Of a stretch of 64,000 bases of DNA, positions 30,179 through 44,900 are shown piece after piece. The translations under genes were made by a program, and so were the position numbers. The notes below the pieces were generated by a model that was given only the letters and a program-made list of their open reading frames with translations, was not told the origin of the DNA and made no database searches. The DNA is from Octopus sinensis. Lineage: Eukaryota. Positions within the stretch are counted from its first letter, which is position 1. Every line of letters starts with the position of its first letter. The stretch is taken from the NCBI RefSeq assembly GCF_006345805.1, contig NC_042998.1:49538001-49602000 (forward strand), written 5' to 3'.

Positions 30179-32266
30179 GGCTCCCTTTCTCTGGTTGGGT
30201 AACCATGGACTTTCTCTACAGCAAGACATCCATTTCTGCCTCTCTGTCACACTTCTAATTTTTCATCATCTGACATAAGATCACCTCCTCCAATGCTTTG
30301 ACTCCTCTCAAAGACTCTTTGTTATGCAAAGTCACTTGGTGACCCCACCAGAGCAGGTGCCACTTAAAAAACACCCAGCCCACACTGTAAAGTGGTTAAC
30401 ATTTGGAAGGGCATCCAGCTGTAAAAACTACGCCAAAACTGACCTCATCTGTGCAAGTGCCATGTAAAAAGCGCAAGTTGATACAAGTTTCAAAATATAT
30501 TGTTTGATAATGTCAGATATAATCATTTTTAGATTAATTTATCTTTTTCACATCCACTCATTCCATGCTAGTATGTGTTGGACACGACTTCTTGAGGCTA
30601 AACTCAACAGCAGAATGCCCCTTTTAGTGGTATCTGATTCTTTTCCTGATGACATCCAGTGCCCTTCCTGATGACATCCCTTAATTACTTTTTCATTAAC
30701 ATACCATATTTGATGGTATATATGATGCACTTTTTCTTCCCACAAAAATGACTTTAAAAAATCACTCTGGGTCCTATATGTGAAGTAGGGTCTCCCATAA
30801 GCTTTAATGCTCTAATGACATTTTTTTTTCATGAATATGCTCTACTGAAATTGGGGTGCATCTGATATGGCTGTGCATCTCTTATGCCATCAAACACGGT
30901 GCTTTATTTTGCTGGTCCTCATACTTTGAAGGGGGACACAAGCAAACATCATTGTCAAGCTGTGTCAATATGAAGACACATAGAGATAAACATGCAGGGA
31001 TAACTGGGAGAGACGATAATGGCAGGATGTAATGAGAGTGATATTACAGAGTTGAATAATGGAAGTAAAATGCTAATGGCAGTTGATGTCTTTGCTGACA
31101 AGAGAGGAAGTGTATGATGAATTATTGTAGAAATGATTAGGATGATCGCCACCACCACCACCACCACCATAACCACCACCACCACCACCACCACTCCCAT
31201 CACTACCACCACCACCATCACCACCACCACTACTGCTGCAACCACCACCACCACCACACCACCACCACTCCCATCACTACCACCACCACCATCACCACCA
31301 CCACTACTGCTGCAACCACCACCACCACCACCAAAACCACCACATATTCTACCTGTCTTATGTTAAAACTGACCAAATCCAACCACTCATACCTAACCTA
31401 CAATATCATTCTAAAAATATAAAAACACATTATTGAAATCTTGAAGTTACAAGATAATGCATCATTAAATCGAAGTAAGGTGAATAGGCACAGGAGTGGC
31501 TGTATGGTAAGTAGCTTGCTTACCAACTTCATGGTTCCGGGTTCAGGCCCACTGCGTGGCACCTTGGGCAAGTGTCTTCTACTATGGCCTTGGGCCGACC
31601 AGAGTCTTGTGAGTGGATTTGGTAGACGGAAACTGAAAGAAGCCCGTTGTATATATGTATATATATATATATATGTGTGTGTGTGTGCGTGTCTGTGTTT
31701 GTCCCCCCAACATTGCTTGACAACTGATGCCGGTGTGTTTACGTCCCCGTAACTTAGTGGTTTGGCAAAAGGGAACGATAGAATAAATACTAAGCTTACA
31801 AAGCATAAGTCCTGGGGTCGATTTGCTTGACTAAAGGCAGTGCTCCAACATGGTCGCAGTCAAATGACTGAAACAAGTAAAAGAGAAAGAAGTATTACAT
31901 TTAACAAAGAAATCTGAATGCTAAAGGGTTAAGCAAGACACTTTATTTCATGCTGCTCCAATCCACTTAACTGCAAAAATGGGTAGTGCCTGTATTTCAA
32001 AGGGCCAGCCTTGTTGCATTCTGTGTCCCTCTGAATCTACCAGCGAATTACATTAAGGGTACTCTTTTACTCTTTTATTTGTTTTAGTCATTTGATTGTG
32101 GCCATGTTGGAGCACCACCTTTAGTTGAACAAATCAACCCCAAGACTCATTCTTTGTAAGCCTAGTTCTTATTCTATTGGTTTCTTTTGCTGAACTGCTA
32201 AGTTACAGGGTCGTAAACACACCTGCATCGCTTATCAAACGATGGTGGGGGAGACAAACACAAACA

Positions 32267-32297
<31 letters not shown>

Positions 32298-35200
32298 GAT
32301 GGACCTTTTTCAGTTTCTGTCTACCAAATCCTCTCACAAGGCTTTGGTTGGCCCGACGCTATAGGAGAAGAAACTTGCCCAAAGTGCCACGCAGTGGGAT
32401 TGAACGTGCAACGATGTGGTTGGTAAGCAAGCTACTTACCACACAGCCACTCCTGTGTATTTGTTGAGTGCTCAGCCACTTGCATGTTAATTTCATGAGC
32501 AGGCCATTCAGTTGGTCGGATCAACTGGGACACCTATCATTTATAACTGACGGAATGCCATCTAGATCTAGGTGATAAATGAGCAAGAGATATTACTTAT
32601 ATCAATCTTACTGGTTAAATGGCACTATATTTTGTCAATGCTAGGAAGAATAAAGAGCAAGGTTTACTTCAGAAAGATTTGAAAAAAAGAAGCGTAAAGG
32701 GGAAATGTGGGGCAGCTGCTATGAATGGCCCTAAATGTGAAATGGTAGCAATATATGACAAACGAATGCCCTTGTGGAGATCTGCGAAAAGATCAGGCAA
32801 CAATGGCTGCGACCATCTGATTGCTTTGTGCACCATCTTAAACTGGAAGCATTCAAATTAGACTTGTGGAACTCACTTCACAGTGATGTAAGAAAAGGGA
32901 AATGGCATCACATTTACGCCAACAACTTCATTGCAGATATTGGCCTGGAACATATCCAGGACCTCGAGGTAGTGATAATAAACAGAGAAGTGTGGTGGGT
33001 GGACCGTTCCTGCAGCCCAAGTTGGAACCCAGCGATAATAAATATAATTTACTAATTAATGTACTAAATAGTTCATACAACTGGCTATAACTCTTATGTA
33101 CCCTCTCTCTCTTTCGGAGAGGCACTGAGCAGCTATACGCACACATACACACACGGCAGTAACTTCCACCTACCGAATTCAATCACAAAGCTTCGGTCGA
33201 CTCGGGGCTATAGTGGAAGACACCTGCCCAAAGTGCAACGCAGAGGGACTGAACCCGAAACCATGTAGCTAGGAAGCAAGCCCCCTAACCACACAGCCAT
33301 GCCCACGCCTACAGCCATGCCAAATTTGTATACTATTTAAAATTATATTTTAGGTACTAATAGTATTTTAAGTTCAGAAATTATTTTACTTACTCACTCC
33401 TTAGAAGACGTTTAAAATTTTCAGCATTTAGAAAATGAAAAGGTCATCTATGTAATTTTCAAAAATCTTTGCTATCACATTCTTCAATGGCTGTAGAGAA
33501 AAAAAAAAGTGAAAAGAAATCCATTTTTTTCCAAAAAACAAAAATGGAAAGAATATGTTCTTTGAGTTGCTACTTTTTGGTATATATGTGTTTGCATATT
33601 TTTATATGTATATTATTCTTACAAAATTACTGAAGTTATATTTATTGTTGGTCTTGTAAAAGATTGAACAACACTTATACACATACACACTTACACATAC
33701 GCACACAAATACTCTCTTTCTCTCCCCCCTCTCTCGCTCCACTCTCTCTTTTTCTCTCTTATTTGTACCTCTTATGTTTGCATGTTTCATTGTTCAACAT
33801 GTTTATGTGTCTCTTACAGTTTACACACAGAAGTAAAGTACTCAGGTCACTCCTGTTGGATGCAGGGGGGAGGGAGTAGAAAGAGAGGGAAAGGAGGAGG
33901 AAAGGAAGGAGTGAGAGAGAGCGAGAGAGACAGAGAGGGATAGATAAGCAGAGATAGAGAGAAAGAGGGTAGTTGTGTAGGGATGAGTTTATGGAAGAGA
34001 AGGAAGAAAGGCATATGAAAGAAACAGAAGCATCTTGGAAGATGAGAGATGAGAGAAAGAGTCAGGTAAATAAATAAATGGACAAATGAAACTATAAACA
34101 AATATAAATAAACATACAAGTGAATTTTTTTCTACTACAAACATGGTGATGGTGGTGGTGGTGGTGGTGATGCTTTGACATTTGGGAGAGGGAGCTTAGT
34201 CTGCACTCCAGTGCTCTTTTATCGACCCAGAAAGGATGAAAGGCAAAGTTGAACTCATTGACATTTGAACTCAGAATATAAAAGAATCCACAGAAATATC
34301 ACTAAGAATTTTGTCGAATATGCTAATGATTCTCCCAGCTTGATGAGTAGGCAGATAGATTAAATAAGTACAATATGAGAGGCTGCTGAGAAGTTCCTTG
34401 CTTTAAGGGTGTCACCAAAGGCTTTTACAGGACTTAGGAAAACTGAAGGTCCACTGCAACAAGTGTGTGAATCTGAAAAGGTGGATAGGGGAATATGTCT
34501 TTCTCTTTTTTTTCTCTTTTTACTTGTTTCAGTCATTTTGACTGCAGCCATGCTGGTGCACCGCCTTTAATCGAGCAACTCGACCCCGGGACTTATTCTT
34601 TGTAAGACCAGTACTTATTGTATCGGTCTCATTGGCAGAACCGCTAAGTGACGGGGACATAAACACACCAGCATCGATTGTCAAGAAATGCTAGGGGAAC
34701 AAACACAGACACACAAACATACATGCACATACATATATATACATATATACGACGGGCTTCTTTCAGTTTCCATCTACCAAATCCACTCACAAGGCTTTGG
34801 TCGGCCTGAGGCTATAGTAGAAGACACTTGCCCAAGGTGCCACACAGTGGGACTGAACCCGGAACCATGTGGTTGGTAAACAAGCTACTTACCTATCCTA
34901 TTGTATTTTCTTTTACTCAAACTCAGAAACATTTCAGCACCCTCTCATGTGTATGTGTATACACACACACACACACGCACACATACACACACACACACAC
35001 ACACGAGAAGGTGCTGAACAGCTCCTGGCTTTACAGATATCACGAAAGGCTTGGTTTGAGGCCCAACTTTCCGAGTTCTTTTACAGGGCTTAGAAAAACT
35101 GAAAGGACCATTGCAACAAGTGTGTGAATCCAAAAGAAGCCTATCTTATATAAATGTGTGTTTGTGTGGGTTGTCTTTGTGTTTGTGTTTTTCCCCCTCC

Positions 35201-35392
35201 ACTTCTTGGGAACAGGTGTTGGGTTGTTTACAATTCCGTAACCTAACAGTTTGGCAAAAGGGACTAATAGAATAAGCACCAGGCTTAAAAATAAAAATAA
35301 GTACTGGGGTTGATTGATTTGACTAAAAATTCTTCTAGGCCCCAGCATTGCCTCATTCAAATGACTGAAACAACTAAAAGATAAAAGATATG

Positions 35393-35432
<40 letters not shown>

Positions 35433-36608
35433 GGTGCGGGCGTGGTTGTGTGGTAAGAAGCTTGCTACCCAACCACATGGTTCTGGGTTCAGTCCCACTG
35501 CATGACATCTTAGGCAATTGTCTTCTACTATAGCCTCGGGCCAACCAAAGCCTTGGGAGTGGATTTGGTAGACAGAAACTGAAAGAAGCCCATCATAATA
35601 TATATATATAGGCACAGGAGTGGCTGTGTGGTAAGTAGCTTGCTTACGAACCACATGGTACCGGGTTCAGTCCCACTGTGGGGCACCTTGGGCAAGTGTC
35701 TTCTACTATAGCCTCGGGCCAACCAAAGCCTTGTGAGTGGATTTGGTAGATGGAAACTGAAAGAAGCCCGTCGTATATATGTATATATATATATATATAT
35801 ATATACAAAATAAGAAAATGGAGAAATATATCTAAATCAATTATCAACTACCAGATAATGCCCAATCATATACTTTATTAAACCACTACATAAGAACATT
35901 AAGGTCAAACATAATAATATAGAACAAAACAGTGTACACGAAGGAGTAATATGATACAATAAGTACAATATGTATAAGAGGATATAAATAAATATAAATA
36001 AATATAAATATAAACTACATCTTACAGCTGTTTCGGCCATATATTTATATTTTTGATTTTGATTTTTCTAGTTTCAGCTAATGAGCTGTGGCCATGCTGG
36101 GGCACCGCCATTTATGTATATATATATACATATACATACATACATGTATGTATGTACATATATATATATGCATATATATGTATATATATAGAGAGAGATA
36201 GTTTGATTTCTATTGGTTTGTTTCGAGACGCATAAATTATAATGGTTATCGACAATTTTTGTTTCGGCATATTTGGCATTAGAATTTTTCTCTTGCCCTT
36301 ATCTTGTAAATTATTTATAAATTTAACCTTTAAAGGTATTTTTTGATATGCTGGCCATTGATAAAATTTTTTTCCCCAAAAAAATTTTATCCTACATTAG
36401 TTATATATATATATATATATCTTTTACTTGTTTCAGTCATGTGACTGTGGCCCCATGCTGGAGCACCACATTTTGTCGAGCAAATCGACCCCAGGACATA
36501 TTCTTTGTAAGCCTAGTACTTCTTCTATCATCTCTTTTGCTGAACCGCTAAGTTACGGGGACATAAACACACTAGCATTGGTTGTCAAACACAGGCACAC
36601 AAACATAT

Positions 36609-36639
<31 letters not shown>

Positions 36640-36877
36640 AATATATGGCCGAAACAGCTGTAAGATGTAGTTTATATTTATATTTATTTATATTTATTTA
36701 TATCCTCTTATACATATTGTACTTATTGTATCATATTACTCCTTCGTGTACACTGTTTTGTTCTATATTATTATGTTTGACCTTAATGTTCTTATGTAGT
36801 GGTTTAATAAAGTATATGATTGGGCATTATCTGGTAGTTGATAATTGATTTAGATATATTTCTCCATTTTCTTATTT

Positions 36878-36929
<52 letters not shown>

Positions 36930-39900
36930 TACGACGGGCTTCTTTCAGTTTCCATCTACCAAATCCACTCACAAGGCTTTGGTTGGCCCGAGGCTATAGT
37001 AAAAGACACTTGCCCAAGGTGCCACACAGTGGGACTGAACCCGGTACCATGTGGTTCGTAAGCAAGCTACTTACCACACAGCCACTCCTGTGCCTATATA
37101 TATATATTATGATGGGCTTCTTTCAGTTTCTGTCTACCAAATCCACTCCCAAGGCTTTGGTTGGCCCGAGGCTATATATATATATGTATGTATATATATA
37201 TATATACATACATATATACACATATATACACACATGTATATATATATATATATATATATATATTAATAAATACACACATATATATATATGCACACACATA
37301 TATGAACCTAGCCTAGTAAAGACTAATCTTGTGGAATGTTTTCTATAAATTTACAATTCCATTAATTGCTTATAATTTTCATTTTGTAATTAGTTCTATC
37401 CTCTTTGGCCTCTCAAGTTCATTGCTGAATTTGTTTACATTACCAAACGCTCTAAGAAACACTCGCATAATAAACAGGGTGAAGCCTTTGCAGAATACTC
37501 ATTAATTGCACATAGATATCTAGTGTTTACTTATCTTTCTCATTACGTGAAAATCCGTTGTATAAACACTAATTTTTTGCGACAGTATGCACTATCTTTT
37601 CCCTCAGAGGAGAAAGTAATTTCTTGTTTGTTATCTTATACATTGGAGAAGTTTTGAAAGGAATTTTTCTTCGGGAGTTCTCCATGACCTAATACACAAA
37701 TTATGAATAAAATGACATGCCACTGAAACATATATAGCATAAACTGACATGCTATCATTTATTCATCTCTTTTCCTTATATATATATATATATATATATT
37801 AATAAATACACACATATATATATATGCACACACATATATGAACCTAGCCTAGTAAAGACTAATCTTGTGGAATGTTTTCTATAAATTTACAATTCCATTA
37901 ATTGCTTATAATTTTCATTTTGTAATTAGTTCTATCCTCTTTGGCCTCTCAAGTTCATTGCTGAATTTGTTTACATTACCAAACGCTCTAAGAAACACTC
38001 GCATAATAAACAGGGTGAAGCCTTTGCAGAATACTCATTAATTGCACATAGATATCTAGTGTTTACTTATCTTTCTCATTACGTGAAAATCCGTTGTATA
38101 AACACTAATTTTTTGCGACAGTATGCACTATCTTTTCCCTCAGAGGAGAAAGTAATTTCTTGTTTGTTATCTTATACATTGGAGAAGTTTTGAAAGGAAT
38201 TTTTCTTCGGGAGTTCTCCATGACCTAATACACAAATTATGAATAAAATGACATGCCACTGAAACATATATAGCATAAACTGACATGCTATCATTTATTC
38301 ATCTCTTTTCCTTATATATATATATATATATATATATTCTTTCTTAACATCAGGGACCTCGTAATGTCCCAACAACACAAAACACAGTACCTGAGAGATT
38401 TAGTTGCATGTAATCAAGCAGTAAGTGTGTCACTAACAGAAACACATCTGAATGTGGATGTATCAGATGCTGAGATACACATACCAGGGTATGTTGTGTT
38501 TCGAACTGACAGGAGAGAAAGGACTCATGGTGGAGTGGCAATGTATATCCGAGAAGATGTCACACCTGTGGTCCTGCTGTCACACTCAAACTCAGTCTGT
38601 GACACTCTGGTGGTATACATTAAACAGATGAAACTAGTAATATGTACCACGTATAGCCCACCAGATGCTCCAAATCATGGGGATTAATTTAAAGAGAGCC
38701 TCCAAGAAGTGAAAGAAGTATTAACCAACCTGGATGACAGCCTGCACATACTTCTTTTAGGGGATTTCAACCTCCATTACGTCAAATGGCCTGAGGGTCA
38801 CATTCTCTCAGGTATGTCGCGGCAGGTCATGAGGCATGCAAAATCTCTTCTTGACCTCACTAACATGCTCCTTATGGAGCAAATAGTGCTCCACCCAACA
38901 AGGGGAAAAATGCCCTGGACCTCTGTTTCACAAATAACACGGCGCTCATCCATAATTTTGGGGTGACAGTGACGATTGTCTTGGACCGTAACTGAATAGA
39001 ACTAACAATCTATGGTCAGCAGAAGACTACAGACATGCAGTCTTCTAGAAGCTCCCAACTCCTCACCAGCCTGAACTTTCACAAAGCTGATTGGAAGGGT
39101 ATCGAGAAAGAGGGCATGGAATATAACTGGTCTGCCAGTCTCTCTGCAGAAGACATTGACATGAAGCTACAACACGTTATGACAATCATGCGTGACATAT
39201 GCAGTAAGTTTGCTCCAGAACGAATGCCAAGCCAGCAGAAAAATATATTACCTAAAGACAGGAGGATTCTAATGAGACGATGAACAAAAATCTCAAATCT
39301 TCTAAATAGGTCACTAAAGGATAACAAACAATCCTACCTCAAACAAACATTGCTCGAGATCGAAAATGAACTCAAACGCTTCCATGAGAAAGAGAGGCCA
39401 GAAAAAGAGGTCAGGGCTGTCAAAAATATTAAGACAAACCCTAAAACCTTCTATAGATATGCAAAAGAAGCTGCTTCAGTACAGTACAAAATAGGGCCAC
39501 ATGAATTTGAAGTAATATTCCAAACAGACTATATATGTTTTCCAACAATACAAAGTTTTTAAATTAATTATTGACATCCCAGAGAAGATAAATCTACTCA
39601 TAAAGATGTGGATATAAGTTCCAAGAAACATGAGGAGAGATGCCGGTCAGACCACGGTTAAGTTTGCATCTAACTGTTGCAGACAAAATTCCATAGTAGC
39701 ATGAAAGACAGCGGGGTAGGTTTAGCTAAAGCAAAGGACAGCAGGAGATTTCTATTGGTTTGTTTCAAGACGCATAAATTATAATGGTTATCAACAATTT
39801 TTTGTTTCGGCATATTTGGCATTAGAATTTTTCTCTTGCCCTTATCTTGTAAATTATATATATATATAAGAAATATTGAATTTCTAAATCTCTCGTAGAG

Positions 39901-41833
39901 ACATGTACGGTGGTGGGGCGATAGAATGGTTGTATACTGTCAATCTAACAAGAACGTGACAGTAGGGGGTATACCACCGCTGTATAGCCCTAGGAAGCAT
40001 CGAACGCTTCCTGATAGCTTTGACACATTTTTTTCCCTGTGTCCTTATATACATAGGGAAAAAAAATGTGTCAAAGCTATCAGGAGGCGTTCGATGCTTC
40101 CTAGGGCTATACAGCGATGGTGTACCCCCTACTGTCACGTTCTTGTTAGATTGACAGTATACAACCATTCTATATATATATATATATATATTTGTGTCTG
40201 TGTTTGTCCCCCCACTGCCACTTGACAACCGATGTTGGTGTGTTCATGTTCCTATTCTTTTATCCTTTTACTTGCTTCAGTGGCCATGCTGGAGCACCGT
40301 TTATATATATATATTGGCAAAGAAAGATGTAATGAACTATATGATAAAACTTGGATGTATAAATCTCAGTTCTCTTGATCTTTATTGATTTATTGTTTTT
40401 TCTCTACTGACACTATGCAGTCTTTATAAGAACATTGGATTTACCAAAGTGAGGAATAACCAAGTATAGTAAATTTAACTAACTGGAGTTTGTCCACATT
40501 CACTGAGGTTAACCAGCATTGTTTACTGATAAGAGCAAGCACAGTACCCACTAGGATTATATATCACTCTTAACCTTTTTTTAAAAAATTTACTTGAGAT
40601 GTATATACATATATATATATATATGTGTATATATATATATGTGAGTTTGTGTGTGTGTGTAAGTGTAAGTGTATATCAAATAAAGAACTTAAAATAGGTA
40701 CATCAAACATAAAAGAAGAAAATTGAAATTATCCAGATACATTCTGAATGATGAATGACTTGCTAAGTGTTTTGTCATTTCCTGTGTCATTTAGGATGTT
40801 GAACGAATTTAGAAATTTTAAAATATATCTAACTCACCAATCCATATGGTTATCACAGCAATGATTTTTGAATAGTTGAACATTTAGAATTTGTTAATGT
40901 GTTTAATTCATTCTATATATTTTTTTTTTCAGATTCACACTAATAAAATGGAATACCTTCCCAATGAAAACATTGAGGTTGGGATATCTGGTTCACCAGG
41001 CCAACATGTTGTGCTATTATTTATGGACAAGGCCATGAGCTACATTGACAGCCGACCCAAAATTACAAAAGAATTTGTAAGTAATCTTGCTTTTGTATTT
41101 GGTTTGCAAGGTTCTTGATGTGAAACTATGTGCTGAAACTGATTTTGTTATATTTTGGGAGGGTCATTATACCAATAATGTGTATGTTTACACACACACA
41201 TGCTAGTGCTACATAAAAGGTACTCAATACACTCTGTAGCATGGTTGGCATCAGGAAGGGACCCCATGCACAAAACCTTGCCAACGTAGTCTCTGGAAAC
41301 CAAATGCAGCCTTCTGGCTAGTCAGATCATGTCCAGCTCTCCAACCTATGGTGGTATGGAATAAGAACATTAAATAATGATGATAAACACACATGCACAT
41401 GCACACACACATGCGCGCACACACACTCACACACACAAAGCAGATTTAAGATACCAGCTCCATTTGACAATTGAATAATAAGCATAGGCGCAGTCATCGC
41501 TGTGTGGTAAGATGCTTGCTTCCCAACCACATGTTTTTGGGCTCAGTCCCACTGCATGGCACCTTGGGCAAGTGTCTTCTACTATGGCCTAAGTGGAATT
41601 GGTAGGCGGAAACCAAAAGAAGTCCATTGTGTACTCTTTTACACTTTACTCTTTTACTTGTTTCAGTCATGTGATTGTGGCCATGCTGGAGCACCTCCTT
41701 TAGTTGAGCAAATCGATCCCAGTACTTATTCTATTGGTCTCTTTTGCTGAACCACTAAGTTACGGGAACATAAGCATACTAACATCGGTTGTCAAGTCAT
41801 GTTAGGGGGACAAACAGACACACAAACATATAT

Positions 41834-41910
<77 letters not shown>

Positions 41911-44900
41911 TACGATGGGCTTCTTTCAGTTTTCGTCTACCAAATCAACTCACAAGGCTTTGGTCGGCCTAATGCTATAGTAGAAGACACTTGCATAAGG
42001 TGCCATGTAGTGGAACTGAACCCGAAACCATGTGGTTCGTCAGCAAGCTACTTACCACACAGCCACTCCTACATGTATATATATGTGTGTGTGTATGTGT
42101 GTGTGTGTGTGTGTGTATGTCTATGTTTATGTGTATGTGTCTTTGTGTTGGTGTTTGTTCCTCAACCATCGCTTGACAACTGATGTTGGTGTGTTTACAT
42201 CCCCGTGACTTAGCAGTTCGGCAAAAAGAGGCTGATAGAATAAGGACTAAGCATACAAAGAATAAGATCTGGGGTTGATTTCTCTGACCAAAAGCCCTTT
42301 AAGGCAGTTCTCCAGCATGACCACCACAGTCAAATGACTGAAACAAGTAAAAGAGCAAAAGAGTACAAAACAACAAGACAATGCATTTTTGGAATGAACT
42401 GTACACGAAATTAATTTCTAAAATATAATATATATAATTGTTTATGTTTGTCATTAAACATCATATTGCTAATTTGGTTCTCTCTATAAATTATAACATT
42501 TCTAGATAAGAGATGAAATGCTTTTGAATCTCCAAACTGATAGAATGCTGAATGTAAGTTTGCATTTTGTTATTTCATTTTGTTTTATTTAATTTTTATT
42601 TAATTTTATTTTGTTTCATTTTATTTTATTTTATTTTATTTTATTTTTATAAGCTCTTTACAGCAAGATGCCTGTTCCTTTCCCTTTATCATATCTTGTT
42701 ACCTGGCATAGAGTCACTTCTCTCAATACTACTTCCCACCTCAGCTGAGGGGTCTTTGTCTTGCTAGTTACTTGGTGACCTTACTTGGAACTGGTGCCAC
42801 ATAAAAAGCACCCAGGACATTCTGTAAAGTTAGGAAAAACATCCAACTATAGAAACCCTGACAGGAGAGCTTCACAAAAATCCTGTAGCTTGCCAGCTCT
42901 TGTCAAACTGTCTAACCCATACCAGCATGGAAAATGAATGTTAAATGATAATGGTGATGATGATGATGATGATGTTGATGTCTTTTTTTATTTTATTATT
43001 TCAAAGGCAACCATACAGGTGACACATAACAAATCCCCAGTATGCTCTGTGGAGTGGTTGGCATGTAAGGAAGGCATCCAGCCATAGAAACCAAGCCAAA
43101 ACAGACTGGAGCCTGGTGCAGCTCTCCAGCTTACCAGCTCCAGTCAAACCATCTTACCCATACCAGCATGGAAAATGGATGTTAAATGATGATGATGATG
43201 ATGATGATGTCAACGATGATGACAACGATATTTTATATTTATTTCAATGCAGGCTTGGCTATGTGATTAAGAATTTTTTTTTTGCAACAACGTGGTTTTA
43301 GTTGAGTCCCATTGTGAGATACCTTGGGCAAGTATCTACCACTATACCCCCAGGTTAACCAAGCCTTGTTGTAAATTTGGCAGATGGAAACAGAATAGAA
43401 GCACCTATGTGGGGTGGTTGGTGCTAGGAAGGGCATCCAGCCATAAAAACCATGCCAAAATGGACACAGAAGCCTGGTGTAGTCTTCTACCTGGCTGGCT
43501 CCTGTCAAACCATTCAACATGCCAATATGGAAGGCAGACATCAAATGATGATGATAATGATGATGATGATGTATGATGCAGACATATTCTATGCCCATGA
43601 AATGTCAAATAATGTCAAGCTGAATTAAACTGTTACTATATATCATCATTGCCATTTAACATCCACTTTTCCATGCTTGCATGGGTCAGAGAGAATTTAT
43701 TGAGGCAGATTTTGTTTTTGTATGGCTGGATGCTTTTTCCATCACCAACCCTCACCAGTTTCCAAGCAAGGTTACATTTTGCCATCGCTAGACATGTCTT
43801 TCCACAGATGTTCGGAAATAAATAGCACTGGTGATGCTCATTTACAAGAATCATGTGATGTTTAAGACAAAGGTACACACAAACACACACACTATGCACA
43901 CACAGCACACAACACACACACTAACACACAAACTCATACACACATATATATATATATCCTGTGCTTATCCTAATTCTTAGACGGGATACATTATATATCT
44001 GCATACTGTTGTTGTTGGCTTTATCTTGTATCTGAGAATTTATTTTCTTCTTTGCTGATCACTTTATCATCATCATCATCATAGTTTAACATCTGCTTTC
44101 CATGCTAGCATGAGTTGGACGATTTGACTAAGGTCTGGCAAACCAGATGGCTGCACCAAACTCCAATCTGATCTGATAGAGTTTCTACAGTTGGATGCCC
44201 TTCCTAACGCCAACCACTCTGAGAGTGAATTGGGTGCTTTTACATGCCCCCAGCATGAGGGCCAGTCAGGCAGTACAAGCAATGGCCACGCTCAAATGGT
44301 GCTTTTTATGTGCCACCTGTACAGGAGCCAGTCCAGCAGCACTGGCAACGAATTTGCTTGAATGTTTTTTCACGTGCCACCAACACAAGTGCCAGTAAGG
44401 CAACGCAAGTAACAATCACACTCGAATGGTGTTTTTTATGTGCCACCGGCATGGAGGCCAGCTTGTTGCTCTGGCAATGATCACGCTTGTATGGTACTCT
44501 TAGCGCTCTAATAGGACGAATGCCAGTCATCAAATTTGATTTTGATTTCGAATGATAATACTGTTGATGACTCTATTGACCAATTCTTTCATAGAGGAGT
44601 CAGTGACATTGACTGTATGGCAATGTTGGTGAAGGATGAGGTTGATTTTGTCATGTCTTTCTCTCTTGTTGGTTTGGTCTCTTCCTTTTGTCTTCTGGTA
44701 GCTTTGAAGTTTTTGGTTCTGATAGTGATGGAGCACCTCTGCTTTGTATGGTCTGGGCAGGGCTGGCCAACATGAGGCCTGCTTGATACTTTCTTGAAAA
44801 GGGTTTATTTAAACAAACATTTTAAAAATTTTATCAAAAATTAAAGATTGTAATTAAAAGTGAAAAAGAATGATACTACTGTTTTTGCAACGATAATATT

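Noticed and set aside
37261-38332. CRISPR-like or other prokaryotic arrays, rRNA and tRNA genes
   Set aside because: No repeat-spacer array found; the tRNA-like motifs seen are SINE heads; the sequence is intron-rich eukaryotic DNA
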